From contig DATHRD010000081.1 in assembly GCA_035482045.1 (NCBI GenBank), forward strand, positions 6,238 through 70,237: DNA of 64,000 nt. Reading direction: 5' to 3'. Of this stretch, positions 37,315 to 50,196 are shown piece after piece. A program made the position numbers and the translations under genes. The notes beneath the pieces were generated by a model. It made no database searches. It worked only from the letters and a program-made list of their open reading frames with translations, and was not told the origin of the DNA. Each line of letters begins with the position of its first letter. The first letter of the stretch is position 1. This DNA comes from Thermoanaerobaculia bacterium. GTDB taxonomy: Bacteria > Acidobacteriota > Thermoanaerobaculia > Gp7-AA8.

Positions 37315-37400
37315 GCGGGGGTCGGGAGTCGGGAGTCGGGTGTCGTAGAGGAGATGGCCGCGGGGCCATCGATCTCTTCTCCGGCTCCCCACTCCCGACC
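37315..37400. repeat. GGGAGTC-family hairpin
   Basis: gggggtcgggagtcgggagtcgggtgtcg ... ggctccccactcccgacccccacac. Confidence 0.8.
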
Positions 37401-37548
37401 CCCACACGGTGCAGAACCCCGAATTCTGGAAGGCGTACGGCTGCAAGGACGGCCAGCCGATGGTGCGCGACGCGTCAAAACGCTGTTCGATCTGGTGACG
37501 GGAGGCCATGAATTGCCTCGGGGGAGTCCGTGAATTGACTCCGTGAGT

Positions 37549-37752
37549 TCATGAATTGCCTCCGGGAAGCAATCAATTGCCCGGGAAGCAATCAATTGCC
37601 TCCGGGAAGCAATCAATTGCCTCCGGGAAGCAATCAATTGCCTCCGGGAAGCAATCAATTGCCTCCGGGAGCCAATCAATTGCCTCCGGGAAGCAATCAA
37701 TTGCCTCCGGGAACCAATCAATTGCCTCCGGGAAGCAATCAATTGCCTCCCG
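37549..37752. repeat. Tandem array of approx. 9.5 copies of a 21-bp unit CAATCAATTGCCTCCGGGAAG (each contains the near-palindrome GCAATCAATTGC), flanked by direct repeats CATGAATTGACTCC
   Basis: Units are contiguous and nearly identical (one lacks 2 nt; variants gccaatc and gaaccaatc). Both strands give spurious ORFs (NQLPPGS-type repeats). Confidence 0.9.
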
Positions 37753-37839
37753 GGGGTCCATGAATTGACTCCACGAGGGTGTTTTCAAATCCGACGATTG
37801 CGAAACTGCGGTTGGCGAGTCCGTTAGCCGCCTTGGCGT

Positions 37840-39249
37840 TCAACCGCGCAGTTCGGCTGCTGCCGCGCGAATGTCCTCGAGGCACATCTGCATCCGATCC
37901 ATGTGCGTCCGATGCGAGACGATGCAGATGCGGATGACGAAGCGGTCGCCGGCTACGGCGCCCGTGAGCATCACACGCTGCCGGGCGTTGATGCGCGCGA
38001 TGAAATCGCGGTTGAGCGCGTCGAGATCGGTGCCGGGCCTGACCAGCCGGAAGACGATGATCGAGAGTTGCGGCTCGGCGACGACCTCGATGCCCTCGAT
38101 CTTGTGCAGCTCGGCGGCCGCCCACGTGGACAGATCGAGTTTCTCCTCGAGCTGCTCGCGAAACGGCTCGATGCCGAAGAGCTTGAGCGGCAGCCAGGCG
38201 CGCAGGCCGCGGAAGTCGCGTGAGAGCTCCGGCGAGAGCTCGCAGAAATCGATCAGCTCGCTCCCTTCCTGAAACCCCGGAAGGTAGTCGGCGTGCATGC
38301 TGTAGGCGCGTCGAAGCACGCTCGCGTCACGAACGACCAGGGCGCCGGTACCGAAAGGAAGGAAGAGCGTCTTGTGCGGATCGAGGATGATCGAATCGGC
38401 CTCGCTGATGCCCTTCATGGCCGCGCGGCCGCGTTCCGTCAGCATGAAGAACGCGCCGTACGCGCCATCGACGTGGAACCACAGCGACTCCTGGCGCGCC
38501 AGCCGTGCCAGCGCGTCGAGGTCGTCGACAGCGCCTGTCGCCGTCGTTCCGGCGCTGCCGCAGAGCATGAACGGCGTGTAGCCGCTCGCGCGGTCGCGCG
38601 CGATCGCGCCGGCCAGCAGGTCGGCGCGCACGCGGAACATCGCGTCGCTCGGAATCTCGCGGATGTTCGCGGCCGGGAATCCCGCGAGAATCGCCGCCTT
38701 CTGAAAGGCGTGATGCGTCTGGTCGCCGCAATAGAGCGTGGCCCGGCGAAAATCGTCGCCGAGGAGTGAGCGGCGCGCCGCGATGATGGCCGTGAGGTTC
38801 GCCAGTGAGCCGCCGCTCGTCAGAACGCCGCCGCTGCCTGGCCCCAATCCGACGATCTCGCAGAACCAGCGAACGACGTTGGTCTCGAGCTGTACCAGCG
38901 CGGGCGCCGCCGCGCACACTCCGACGTACCGGTTCACCGCATCGGCGATCAGATCGGCCACCGCCGCGTGAAAGATTCCGCCCCCCGGGATGAAGGCGAG
39001 ATAGCCCGGGCCGGGCGCGTTGAACGAGCGTGGGATGGCCTCATCGAAGAGAAAGTCGAGGATCTGTTCGTACGGCGCGCCGTGCCGCGGCAACGGCTCG
39101 ATCAGCGTCTTCGCGAAATCGGTCGCTCCCTCGACGTTTGACGCCGGTTGGGACGGCAACGACTCGATGTGCGCCACGATGCGTTTCATGGCCCCATCGA
39201 CGAGGCGGTGCATCTCGGCGGCGTCCGGTTCCAGGGGGTGAGTGGTCAC
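37840..39249 (-). CDS. PLP-dependent group II decarboxylase (aromatic-L-amino-acid/L-2,4-diaminobutyrate/glutamate decarboxylase family)
   Basis: SIILDPHKTLFLPFGTGALVVRD (PLP lysine), family-wide colinearity; GTG start at 39249 chosen. Confidence 0.8.
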   Translation of the reverse strand: MTTHPLEPDAAEMHRLVDGAMKRIVAHIESLPSQPASNVEGATDFAKTLIEPLPRHGAPYEQILDFLFDEAIPRSFNAPGPGYLAFIPGGGIFHAAVADLIADAVNRYVGVCAAAPALVQLETNVVRWFCEIVGLGPGSGGVLTSGGSLANLTAIIAARRSLLGDDFRRATLYCGDQTHHAFQKAAILAGFPAANIREIPSDAMFRVRADLLAGAIARDRASGYTPFMLCGSAGTTATGAVDDLDALARLARQESLWFHVDGAYGAFFMLTERGRAAMKGISEADSIILDPHKTLFLPFGTGALVVRDASVLRRAYSMHADYLPGFQEGSELIDFCELSPELSRDFRGLRAWLPLKLFGIEPFREQLEEKLDLSTWAAAELHKIEGIEVVAEPQLSIIVFRLVRPGTDLDALNRDFIARINARQRVMLTGAVAGDRFVIRICIVSHRTHMDRMQMCLEDIRAAAAELRG

Positions 39250-39438
39250 GGCTGGGATTCTAGCGGTAGGAGGGCGCGGGACCACGGCTCGCAAGAACGA
39301 GTGTCGGAGCCCTCGCTTTTCCGAACGCACGGATCAGATTCGGTTGGCGAGCGGCGGGAACACTCCTGTTACGAGTTTGGCAAGGCCTCACTTTTGCAAA
39401 GGCTATCATGCAAAATAGCTCCGACACGGAGGATTCTC

Positions 39439-40548
39439 ATGCGTTTACGCTTTTCTGCACTCCTGGCTCTCTCACTCTTCGCCAGCATTGCCTCGGCGAA
39501 GGAAGTCTGGCTCAGTATCGGCGGCACGACGGCCGGCGGAACCTTCCGCACCGACGCGCGCATCTTCAACCCCTCGACTACGAAGGACATTCAGATCCAG
39601 GCGTACTACCTGCCGGTGGGCAACGTCGACAACTCCGCCGTGCAGCCGCTTGCGCCGATCACGGTTCCGAAGCGGCAGCAGGTTGTCTACAACGACGTCG
39701 TCACATCTCTCTTCCACAGCAGCGGACTCGGCGCGATCCGGCTCACGTCCGCTGACGATTTCGTGGCGACGCAGAAAATCTACGCCGTCACGAGCGGGGG
39801 CACCCTCGGCCAGTTTGTGGCCGGGGTCGATGTCACCAACGCCAAGACGAAGGGCATCATCATCCAGTTGCAGGCGGCCGGTGCGTTCAGAACAAACGTC
39901 GGCGCCGCGAATCCGAACGCCACGGTGGCAAACGTGACCTGGAGTCTGTACGACAAGAACAATGCGCTGGTTGGAAATCCGAAAACGATCCAGATGCCAC
40001 CCTTCGGAGTCATCGCTCCGACAGGTCTGGCCGGCTACACCGATTCAGTCGGGAGCGCCGACCTGACTGACGCCTGGCTGGGTTACTCCTCCGACCAGCC
40101 GATCGTGGCCTACGGTTCGGTCATCGACAACGGAACAACCGATCCAACCTATATCCCGGCGGCGGAGGACACCGGCGTGGCCTCACAGACGACGAACGGC
40201 AAAGTGTTCGTCATCACGGAACATGGCGGGCCGAACACCAGCACCTCCGCAATCGATGTCTCGCCGCAAATCCGGTTAGGTACGATCAACCCCGGCGATA
40301 CCGTGACCTTCCAGATCACCGCCCATGACGCAAACCATGGCTTCCGGCTGGTCGACCCGAACGGCATCATCATCCTCGATCTGATGCTCACCGCGGAAGC
40401 AGCCACCATCACGAAGACAATCGTCCTCGGTACCGAGGGAACCTGGGGGTACTACTGCACGAACACCACGTGCAGCCCGGGCCACAACAGCATGGGTGGG
40501 ACGTTCCCGGTCGGCAATCCCAGTAGCTACACGCCGCCCGGCTATTGA
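39439..40548 (+). CDS. Secreted protein with C-terminal cupredoxin (type-1 copper) domain
   Basis: Signal peptide MRLRFSALLALSLFASIASA; C-terminal His (DANHGF), Cys-x-His (YYCTNTTCSPGH) and Met (NSMGG) in plastocyanin-like spacing; N-terminal approx. 250 aa beta-rich of unknown function. Confidence 0.55.
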   Translation: MRLRFSALLALSLFASIASAKEVWLSIGGTTAGGTFRTDARIFNPSTTKDIQIQAYYLPVGNVDNSAVQPLAPITVPKRQQVVYNDVVTSLFHSSGLGAIRLTSADDFVATQKIYAVTSGGTLGQFVAGVDVTNAKTKGIIIQLQAAGAFRTNVGAANPNATVANVTWSLYDKNNALVGNPKTIQMPPFGVIAPTGLAGYTDSVGSADLTDAWLGYSSDQPIVAYGSVIDNGTTDPTYIPAAEDTGVASQTTNGKVFVITEHGGPNTSTSAIDVSPQIRLGTINPGDTVTFQITAHDANHGFRLVDPNGIIILDLMLTAEAATITKTIVLGTEGTWGYYCTNTTCSPGHNSMGGTFPVGNPSSYTPPGY

Positions 40549-40552
40549 TGGC

Positions 40553-40712
40553 GCGGTAGCGAGGTTTTCTAGTTGCGGGTTGCAAGGTTGCTCGGTTGCG
40601 AGGTTGCTGGGTTGCGCGATTTGTCGGTAGCTTCATTGCCCGACATCTCCTGACAACGCAGCAACCCAGCAACCTTGCAACCCCAGCAACCAACCCACGA
40701 GACCCCGCGCCC
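40553..40712. repeat. GTTGCGAG-family hairpin (GGTTGC array ... GCAACC array)
   Basis: agttgcgggttgcaaggttgctcggttgcgaggttgctgggttgcg ... gcagcaacccagcaaccttgcaaccccagcaaccaaccc. Confidence 0.8.
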
Positions 40713-40760
40713 TCATTTTCTGGTACTCTTCGCAATTGCAGATAACGTGTAGGGTGTGAG

Positions 40761-43298
<2,538 letters not shown>

Positions 43299-43307
43299 TG
43301 GCGAAGC

Positions 43308-43432
43308 GATGTTTGAATGTTCAATGTTGAATGTTCAATGTTGGATGTTGAATGACCGAGTCCGAGTGATTCAACTCCGAACATCAACACTGAACATTCA
43401 ACATTCCGCATTCAACATTCAACGTTCAGTAT
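43308..43432. repeat. TTGAATG-family hairpin
   Basis: gtttgaatgttcaatgttgaatgttcaatgttggatgttgaatg ... cattcaacattccgcattcaacattcaacgttcag. Confidence 0.85.
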
Positions 43433-43438
43433 CAAGTC

Positions 43439-43911
43439 ATGACAACGAATGATACCCACCGCGGTCGCGGTCGCGGCCGTCCGCGCCGCGCCGAAGCGGA
43501 CGCGGAGATTCTCAATGCCGCCCTGGCAATGCTGCGCGCGGGCGGCTATCGGGAGCTGAGCCTCGATGAGCTGGCGCGGCGGGCCGGCACGGCGAAGTCG
43601 TCGATCTACCGGCGTTGGCCCTCCAAAGCGGCCCTGGCGGCGGAGATCGTCCGTAGCGAGCTGCCACCGCCGCTGGAGGCCGTCGATATCGATGCCGCTG
43701 CGCGGGCGTTCGAGGAGTTGCTCGTCGGTGCGCTGGGAGGCGTCGTGGCCTCGCTCATCGGGGAGGCGCAGGAGAACGCCGAGACCCGCGCCATCGTCGT
43801 GGCGCTGGTCGCGCCCTACCGCCAGCTCGTCCGCCGCTTCGCCGATGATGACGCCGCCGACCGGCTCCTCGGCGGAATCCTGTTCCGCAGGCTCCTTGGC
43901 TCAGCCCTGGA

Positions 43912-43915
<4 letters not shown>
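43439..43915 (+). CDS. TetR/AcrR family transcriptional regulator
   Basis: N-terminal HTH (LSLDELARRAGTAKSSIYRRWPSKAAL). Confidence 0.8.
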
Positions 43916-45276
<1,361 letters not shown>

Positions 45277-45364
45277 GTCCAGAAATCATACAGCCGTGCA
45301 GTTCTAAAACAGGGTCAAATGCGTCAGACACAGCTAAGTTGCTGATTCTAATGAGAGTCTTGAT

Positions 45365-45380
45365 TGGTATCGGCCTTGTA
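45365..45380 (+). promoter_or_regulatory. Candidate sigma-54 (-24/-12) promoter TGGTAT-N5-TTGTA
   Basis: GG at -24 is present, but -12 reads GT rather than GC. AT-rich region divergent from the sigma-54 activator gene and about 45 nt upstream of a small ORF with a strong RBS. Confidence 0.25.
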
Positions 45381-45426
45381 CTGATCCAAGACGACCAGGA
45401 AAGAACAGACGAGAGAAGGAGATTCT

Positions 45427-45564
45427 CATGACTCAGATCAAACACTTCGTAGTCGAGACCACGTCGGACCTTCGCGGCGGACGCCAGTCATGGCGGGTGC
45501 TGACCATGTTGTGGTCGTTAGCGCTGGCCATCGCCGTCACCGCGGCCGTCTTTCCCCACTGAGG
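45427..45564 (+). CDS. Small hydrophobic protein (45 aa), not in the ORF track
   Basis: GAAGGAG RBS 7 nt upstream of the ATG; MTQIKHFVVETTSDLRGGRQSWRVLTMLWSLALAIAVTAAVFPH; followed by a GAGG RBS and the next ORF. Confidence 0.3.
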
Positions 45565-45573
45565 TAAACGACC

Positions 45574-45957
45574 ATGCACGATACCCGACGAATCACGCTC
45601 GTCTCCCGCCGCGCCGATCAACCCTCCCGCGATTGGAATCTCCACCCCCGGGCGGCCAACCACATCATCTTCGCTGGCACCTTTTCCGTGCTCAGCTTTG
45701 CCGTCGATCACGTCTCGCAGGACGTCGACCGGATCCTTATCGACAGAACCGCCACGCCGGAAGAGTTCCTGGATCTGCTCACGACCCTGCCTTCCGCGTT
45801 TCTCGGCGACGTGCTCCTGATGCGCGACCACGACGGCTCGTTCCTCAGCACCGCTGGCCGCGCCGGTGGCCGCCTGCTGTATGCGCTGACGCCGGCCGAC
45901 CTGCAGTTCTACCTGGACACGCTGGGGTTGGTGACGACCGAGGCGGTTGCGGCGTAG
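45574..45957 (+). CDS. Hypothetical protein
   Basis: ORF with an RBS, unrecognised sequence; co-directional with the preceding small ORF. Confidence 0.3.
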   Translation: MHDTRRITLVSRRADQPSRDWNLHPRAANHIIFAGTFSVLSFAVDHVSQDVDRILIDRTATPEEFLDLLTTLPSAFLGDVLLMRDHDGSFLSTAGRAGGRLLYALTPADLQFYLDTLGLVTTEAVAA

Positions 45958-46290
45958 GGGAGTGGGGAGTGGGGAGTAGTCAAAGACAATTTTGAATGGT
46001 GAATGTTCAATGTTGAATGCTCAATGTTCGAGGTTGTGCCGGCTCCATTCGACACTCAACATTGAACATTCGGCATTCAACACTCGCCGTTCCTCCACCT
46101 TGGTGACGACCTAGGCGGTTCGGTGTTGGGGAGTGGGGTGCGGGGGGAAGCCAAAGACGATGTCGAATGGTGAATGGTCAATATTGAATGCTCAATGTCC
46201 GGGGTTGTATCGGCTCCATTCAACATTGAACATTCGACGTTCAACATTCGCCGTTCCTCCACACCCCACTCCCCACACCCCACCCGCCAC
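45955..46290. repeat. Composite nested element: outer (GGGGAGT)n / (CCCCACT)n arms enclosing two TTGAATG-family hairpins
   Basis: ggggagtggggagtggggagtag ... two copies of gaatggtgaatg(t/g)tcaat(g/a)ttgaatgctcaatgt ... ccattc(g/a)acattgaacattcg ... ccccactccccacaccccaccc. Confidence 0.8.
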
Positions 46291-46307
46291 ATGCTACCTT
46301 TACCGTA

Positions 46308-46961
46308 GTGCAACTCTGGACGTCGTTTCAGCATACGGGGTGGGTGGGAAAGGCCGTCCTGGGGGTACTGCTGCTTTTCTCGATCGGCTCATGGGCGGTG
46401 ATGTTCGTGATCGCCATCCGCTTCCGTCGATCGGCGGCGGCATCGCGGCGGTTCATGTTCGTGTTCCGGCGCGCCAAGAAGCTCGCTGACGTACAGGCGG
46501 CGACGGCACAGACTGCCCACTCCTCTCTGGTGGGGCTCTTCAAGGCCGGCTATGCCGAGATCGAAGCGCAGATCGCCCACGCCAACTCGGCGATGATCCG
46601 GTCGCTCGACAGCGTGGAGCGCTCGCTGCTGCGCGCCTCGCGTATCGAGGCATCGCGTCTGTCGCGCTATCTCCCGTTCCTGGCCACGACCGCGGCGGCC
46701 TCGCCGTTCATCGGTCTCTTCGGCACTGTCTGGGGAATCATGGACGCCTTCGCCACGATCGGAGCGACCGCCACGACCTCGATCACCTCCGTGGCGCCAG
46801 GCATCAGCGAGGCGCTCATCAATACAGCGGCCGGACTCTTCGCCGCCATCCCCGCCCTTCTCGCGTACAACCACTTCGTCCAACGCCTTCGCCAGGCGCG
46901 CGGCGAAATGGAAGATTTCACGTTGGAGTTTCTGAATTTGACGGAGAGGAACTTCATGTAG
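46308..46961 (+). CDS. tolQ: Tol-Pal system proton channel protein TolQ (MotA/TolQ/ExbB family)
   Basis: Three TM helices, family-typical C-terminal motif ([13 protein letters not shown]...[15 protein letters not shown]). Confidence 0.85.
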   Translation: MQLWTSFQHTGWVGKAVLGVLLLFSIGSWAVMFVIAIRFRRSAAASRRFMFVFRRAKKLADVQAATAQTAHSSLVGLFKAGYAEIEAQIAHANSAMIRSLDSVERSLLRASRIEASRLSRYLPFLATTAAASPFIGLFGTVWGIMDAFATIGATATTSITSVAPGISEALINTAAGLFAAIPALLAYNHFVQRLRQARGEMEDFTLEFLNLTERNFM

Positions 46962-47032
46962 CGGTTGCGGAGTCGCGCGGTTACGCGGTGTTCTGCCGCG
47001 CGACTACGAGACCGCGAGGCCCCGCAACCAAG
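46962..47032. repeat. GTTGCGAG/GCGAGACC-family hairpin between tolQ and tolR
   Basis: gcggttgcggagtcgcgcggttacgcgg ... ccgcgcgactacgagaccgcgaggccccgcaacc. Confidence 0.75.
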
Positions 47033-47085
47033 CGATCAACTGCCGGTTACTACTTGCGAATCACAGGCGTCTAACTCACACACAC

Positions 47086-47523
47086 ATGTCCTTCCGATTC
47101 GACCACGGCGACGACTACGGCGACATGGCGGAGATCAACGTCACGCCGCTGGTCGACGTCATGCTCGTCCTGCTGATCATCTTCATGGTGACGGCGCCGA
47201 TGTTGACGCAGGGATTGACCGTGGCCTTGCCCGCGGCGGAGGGGAAGAGCTTCGAGCTGGCCTCAAACAATCCCGCCAAGATCCAGGTGACGGCGAGCGG
47301 TGCGGTCTACCTCGATGGCATCGCCGCGGGATCGGCGAATCTCGACCAGAGCCTGGGCCCGATGCTGCGCGCGCGGCGCGTCAAGCGGGCCTTGCTCGAA
47401 GCCGACAAGGCCGTGCCGTACGGACGGGTGGTGGCCGTTCTCGACATCATGAACCGCGCCGGCGTGGAACAACTCGGGATGGTCACGCAGCCGAAGGAGA
47501 GGGATGGAAGACCGCATCGGTGA
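47086..47523 (+). CDS. tolR: Tol-Pal system protein TolR (ExbD family)
   Basis: EINVTPLVDVMLVLLIIFMVTAP canonical ExbD/TolR TM segment. Confidence 0.85.
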   Translation: MSFRFDHGDDYGDMAEINVTPLVDVMLVLLIIFMVTAPMLTQGLTVALPAAEGKSFELASNNPAKIQVTASGAVYLDGIAAGSANLDQSLGPMLRARRVKRALLEADKAVPYGRVVAVLDIMNRAGVEQLGMVTQPKERDGRPHR

Positions 47524-48274
47524 TCTGCTGGCCGAACGATCCCGCCTCGGCGGCGGCCCAGGAGCCGGCATCGCCATCTCCATCCTCCTGCATGGCGCGA
47601 TTGCCGCAGGCATCATCTACGCTGCCATGCACGCCGCCGCCCCTCAGGAGATGTCGATGCTGAACATCCGGTTCGCCGCGCCTGTAGTGAGCCGGGAGCC
47701 GGGAGTCGTAGCTCCCACCCCCGTAGCTCCCACCCCCGTAGCTCCCACCCCCCACGCCCCACCCCCCACTCCCAGCAAGCTCACCATCCCCGAGCCCGTG
47801 GCTGAGCCTCCCAAGCCGGTCGTGAAAAGCGAGCCGAAGACCGTTCCTCTTTCCTCATTCGGACAATCGTCGAAAAAGGGCTCCGAAAAACCTCCCACCC
47901 CCCACGCCCCACCCCCCACTCCCCAAGCCACCGCGACCCCAGGCGTGGTCGGCGGAGTCAACATCCCGGCCGGCGCCACCGGAGTGACGGGGATCGAAGG
48001 CGACTTCCCGTACACGATCTACATCGACCGGATGAAGATGCTCATCGGCCAGCACTGGTTGCGGCCGCAGTCCGTCACCCATGACATCACGGCGACGATC
48101 CACTTCGTCGTCGAACGCGACGGCACCATTCGCGACGCGAGAAATGAAATCCCGAGCGGCGACGGCACCTTCGACCGGGCGGCGCTCCGTGCCGTTCTCG
48201 AAGCGTCGCCCCTTCCGCCTCTTCCCTTCGGCTATAACGGCACGTACCTTGGAGTACGTCTTACATTCCGATGA
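47504..48274 (+). CDS. tolA: TolA/TonB-family energy-transducer protein (Pro-rich linker, TonB_C-like domain)
   Basis: N-terminal TM segment, APTPV/PPPTP repeats, C-terminal TonB-C-like fold; its position between tolR and tolB suggests TolA. Confidence 0.6.
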   Translation: MEDRIGDLLAERSRLGGGPGAGIAISILLHGAIAAGIIYAAMHAAAPQEMSMLNIRFAAPVVSREPGVVAPTPVAPTPVAPTPHAPPPTPSKLTIPEPVAEPPKPVVKSEPKTVPLSSFGQSSKKGSEKPPTPHAPPPTPQATATPGVVGGVNIPAGATGVTGIEGDFPYTIYIDRMKMLIGQHWLRPQSVTHDITATIHFVVERDGTIRDARNEIPSGDGTFDRAALRAVLEASPLPPLPFGYNGTYLGVRLTFR

Positions 48275-49554
48275 AACGAACGACGACGACACTACTGCTC
48301 TCCCTCTTACTCACCACCGCCGCGCTGCCGCTGGCAGCGCAACATACGGAGATCACAACCACGATCACCCCGGAGAAGGCCCTTCAGGTCGCGCGCATCG
48401 CCGTGCCGCGGCCCGATACGACGCTGCCGCTGGAAACGATCAATGCGCCGTTCTTCGCGCCGCTCACGCGCGATCTCGCCTACTCCGGCGTCTTCGCCAT
48501 CGCACCGATCCCCCCCAACATCCCTCCCGGGGCCGATCTGGCCAAGGCGGCCGGCGCGCAGTTTGTCCTGGCGCTGAAGATCGAACAGCAGGGAGAGGAT
48601 TTCACCGTCGAGGCCCGCCTGCTCGACTCGACCGGCGCCAACCAGTTCGGCAAGCGTTATCGCGGTGCCCCGGGCGCTCTCTCGCGCATCGCCCACATGG
48701 TGGCGAATGACGTGGTGCGAACCGTCAACGGCAAACCGGGCATCTTTCTCTCCCGGATCGGCTTCGCCTCCAACCGCACCGGACACTTCGAGATCTGGCT
48801 GATGGATTGGGACGGCGCCAATCAGCGGCAGATCACCCATCACAACGCCCTCTCGATCCTCCCGAGCTGGTCCGCCGACAACGAGCGGATGGTCTACACC
48901 TCATTCGCGCGCGGCACGAGCGACATGTACATCATCAGCCGCCGCGGTGGGAGCCGTGTCCGCGTGCCGACAGGCCTGGGGCTGAACACGTCGGCGACCT
49001 TCTCGCCGATCAGCAACGACATCGCCTTCGCCGGCTCCGTGGCCGGAAATCCCGACATCTACGTCATCAAAGACGACGGCACGAACCTGCGCCGGCTGAC
49101 GACCGACTCGTCGATCGAGTCGACGCCGGAATGGAGTCCCAACGGACGGCAGATCTCCTTTACCTCGGGGCGGAGCGGCACGCCGCAGATCTATACGATG
49201 GACGCGGAAGGGGCGAACGTGCAGCGCATCTCGTTCGAAGGCGAGTGGAACGACGATGCCACCTGGTCGCCCGACGGCTCGCAGATCGCCTATACCTCCC
49301 GCGTCGACGGACGCTTCCAGATCCGCATCGCCGACCTGGCCAGCCACCAGAGCCGCATCCTCGCCGGCGAAGGCTCGAACGAACAGCCCACCTGGTCGCC
49401 CGACGGCAAGTGGATCGCCTTCCAGTCAAACCGCAGCGGCAGATGGCAGATCTACCGGATGCGCGTCGACGGCCTCGACCTCCTCCAGCTCACCTTCGAC
49501 GGGGAGAACAAAGATCCCGATTGGTCAAAGAAAGAAGCGGCCGGCGGCCAATGA
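48271..49554 (+). CDS. tolB: Tol-Pal system beta-propeller protein TolB
   Basis: Signal peptide, N-terminal TolB domain, reiterated PxWSPDG(S/K)xIA(F/Y)xS blades. Confidence 0.85.
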   Translation: MKRTTTTLLLSLLLTTAALPLAAQHTEITTTITPEKALQVARIAVPRPDTTLPLETINAPFFAPLTRDLAYSGVFAIAPIPPNIPPGADLAKAAGAQFVLALKIEQQGEDFTVEARLLDSTGANQFGKRYRGAPGALSRIAHMVANDVVRTVNGKPGIFLSRIGFASNRTGHFEIWLMDWDGANQRQITHHNALSILPSWSADNERMVYTSFARGTSDMYIISRRGGSRVRVPTGLGLNTSATFSPISNDIAFAGSVAGNPDIYVIKDDGTNLRRLTTDSSIESTPEWSPNGRQISFTSGRSGTPQIYTMDAEGANVQRISFEGEWNDDATWSPDGSQIAYTSRVDGRFQIRIADLASHQSRILAGEGSNEQPTWSPDGKWIAFQSNRSGRWQIYRMRVDGLDLLQLTFDGENKDPDWSKKEAAGGQ

Positions 49555-49594
49555 CCGACGTCACTGCTATCATCAACAAAGGAGCAAATCGAAC

Positions 49595-50194
49595 ATGAGC
49601 AAAGGATTCAAAGCGTTCGCAATCACTCTGGCCCTTCTCGCGCTGGTTATCGCGCCGGCCTGCCGACCGAAGAAGCCGACAGTTGCGCCGTCGGCCGACA
49701 CCGCGCCGGTCGTGCCGCCGATTCCGCCGACTGTCACCACGGCAACGGCGCAGCCGGTCACGACCGAGACGGATTTCGTCAACCCGAAGACCGAAACGGT
49801 AGGCGTGGATACGCTCCCGAACGACATCGAAGAGCTGAACCGCGTGGCCCAGGCCCGCGGCTACATTCAGGACGCGTTCTTCGCGTTCAACGAATCGACG
49901 CTCTCCGCCGACGCCCAGTCCGCGCTGACGTCGTCGGCCACATGGCTCAAGAAGAACGGGCAATACAACCTGCTCATCGAAGGGCACTGCGACGAGCGCG
50001 GCACGGAGCAGTACAACCTGGCTCTCGGTGATCGCCGCGCCAATCAGGCCAAGGAGTATCTGGTCACCCTCGGCGTCGATGCCGGACGGATCCGCACCGT
50101 CAGCTACGGCGAAGAGAGGCCGTTCGACCCGGGCCACGATGAAGCAGCGTGGGCGAAGAACCGCCGCGATCATCTGGTCCTCGTAGGGAAATGA
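49595..50194 (+). CDS. pal: Peptidoglycan-associated lipoprotein Pal (OmpA-like)
   Basis: Lipobox (VIAPAC); OmpA_C motifs ([30 protein letters not shown]). ORF from 49256 trimmed to the ATG at 49595. Confidence 0.85.
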   Translation: MSKGFKAFAITLALLALVIAPACRPKKPTVAPSADTAPVVPPIPPTVTTATAQPVTTETDFVNPKTETVGVDTLPNDIEELNRVAQARGYIQDAFFAFNESTLSADAQSALTSSATWLKKNGQYNLLIEGHCDERGTEQYNLALGDRRANQAKEYLVTLGVDAGRIRTVSYGEERPFDPGHDEAAWAKNRRDHLVLVGK

Positions 50195-50196
50195 AC

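Noticed and set aside
37549-37752. Possible CRISPR array
   Set aside because: Units are contiguous near-identical 21-mers with no interspersed unique spacers, and there are no cas genes in the window.
37551-37788. ORFs reading through the 21-bp tandem array (NQLPPGS / KQSIASG / EAIDCFP repeat proteins on both strands)
   Set aside because: All frames on both strands are open only because the unit length is a multiple of 3. There is no RBS or start context, so it was interpreted as a non-coding repeat.
47690-47960. GTAGCTCCCACCCCC-type nucleotide repeats
   Set aside because: They lie inside the TolA-like ORF and encode its APTPV/PPPTP proline-rich linker, so this is a coding repeat and not an intergenic element.
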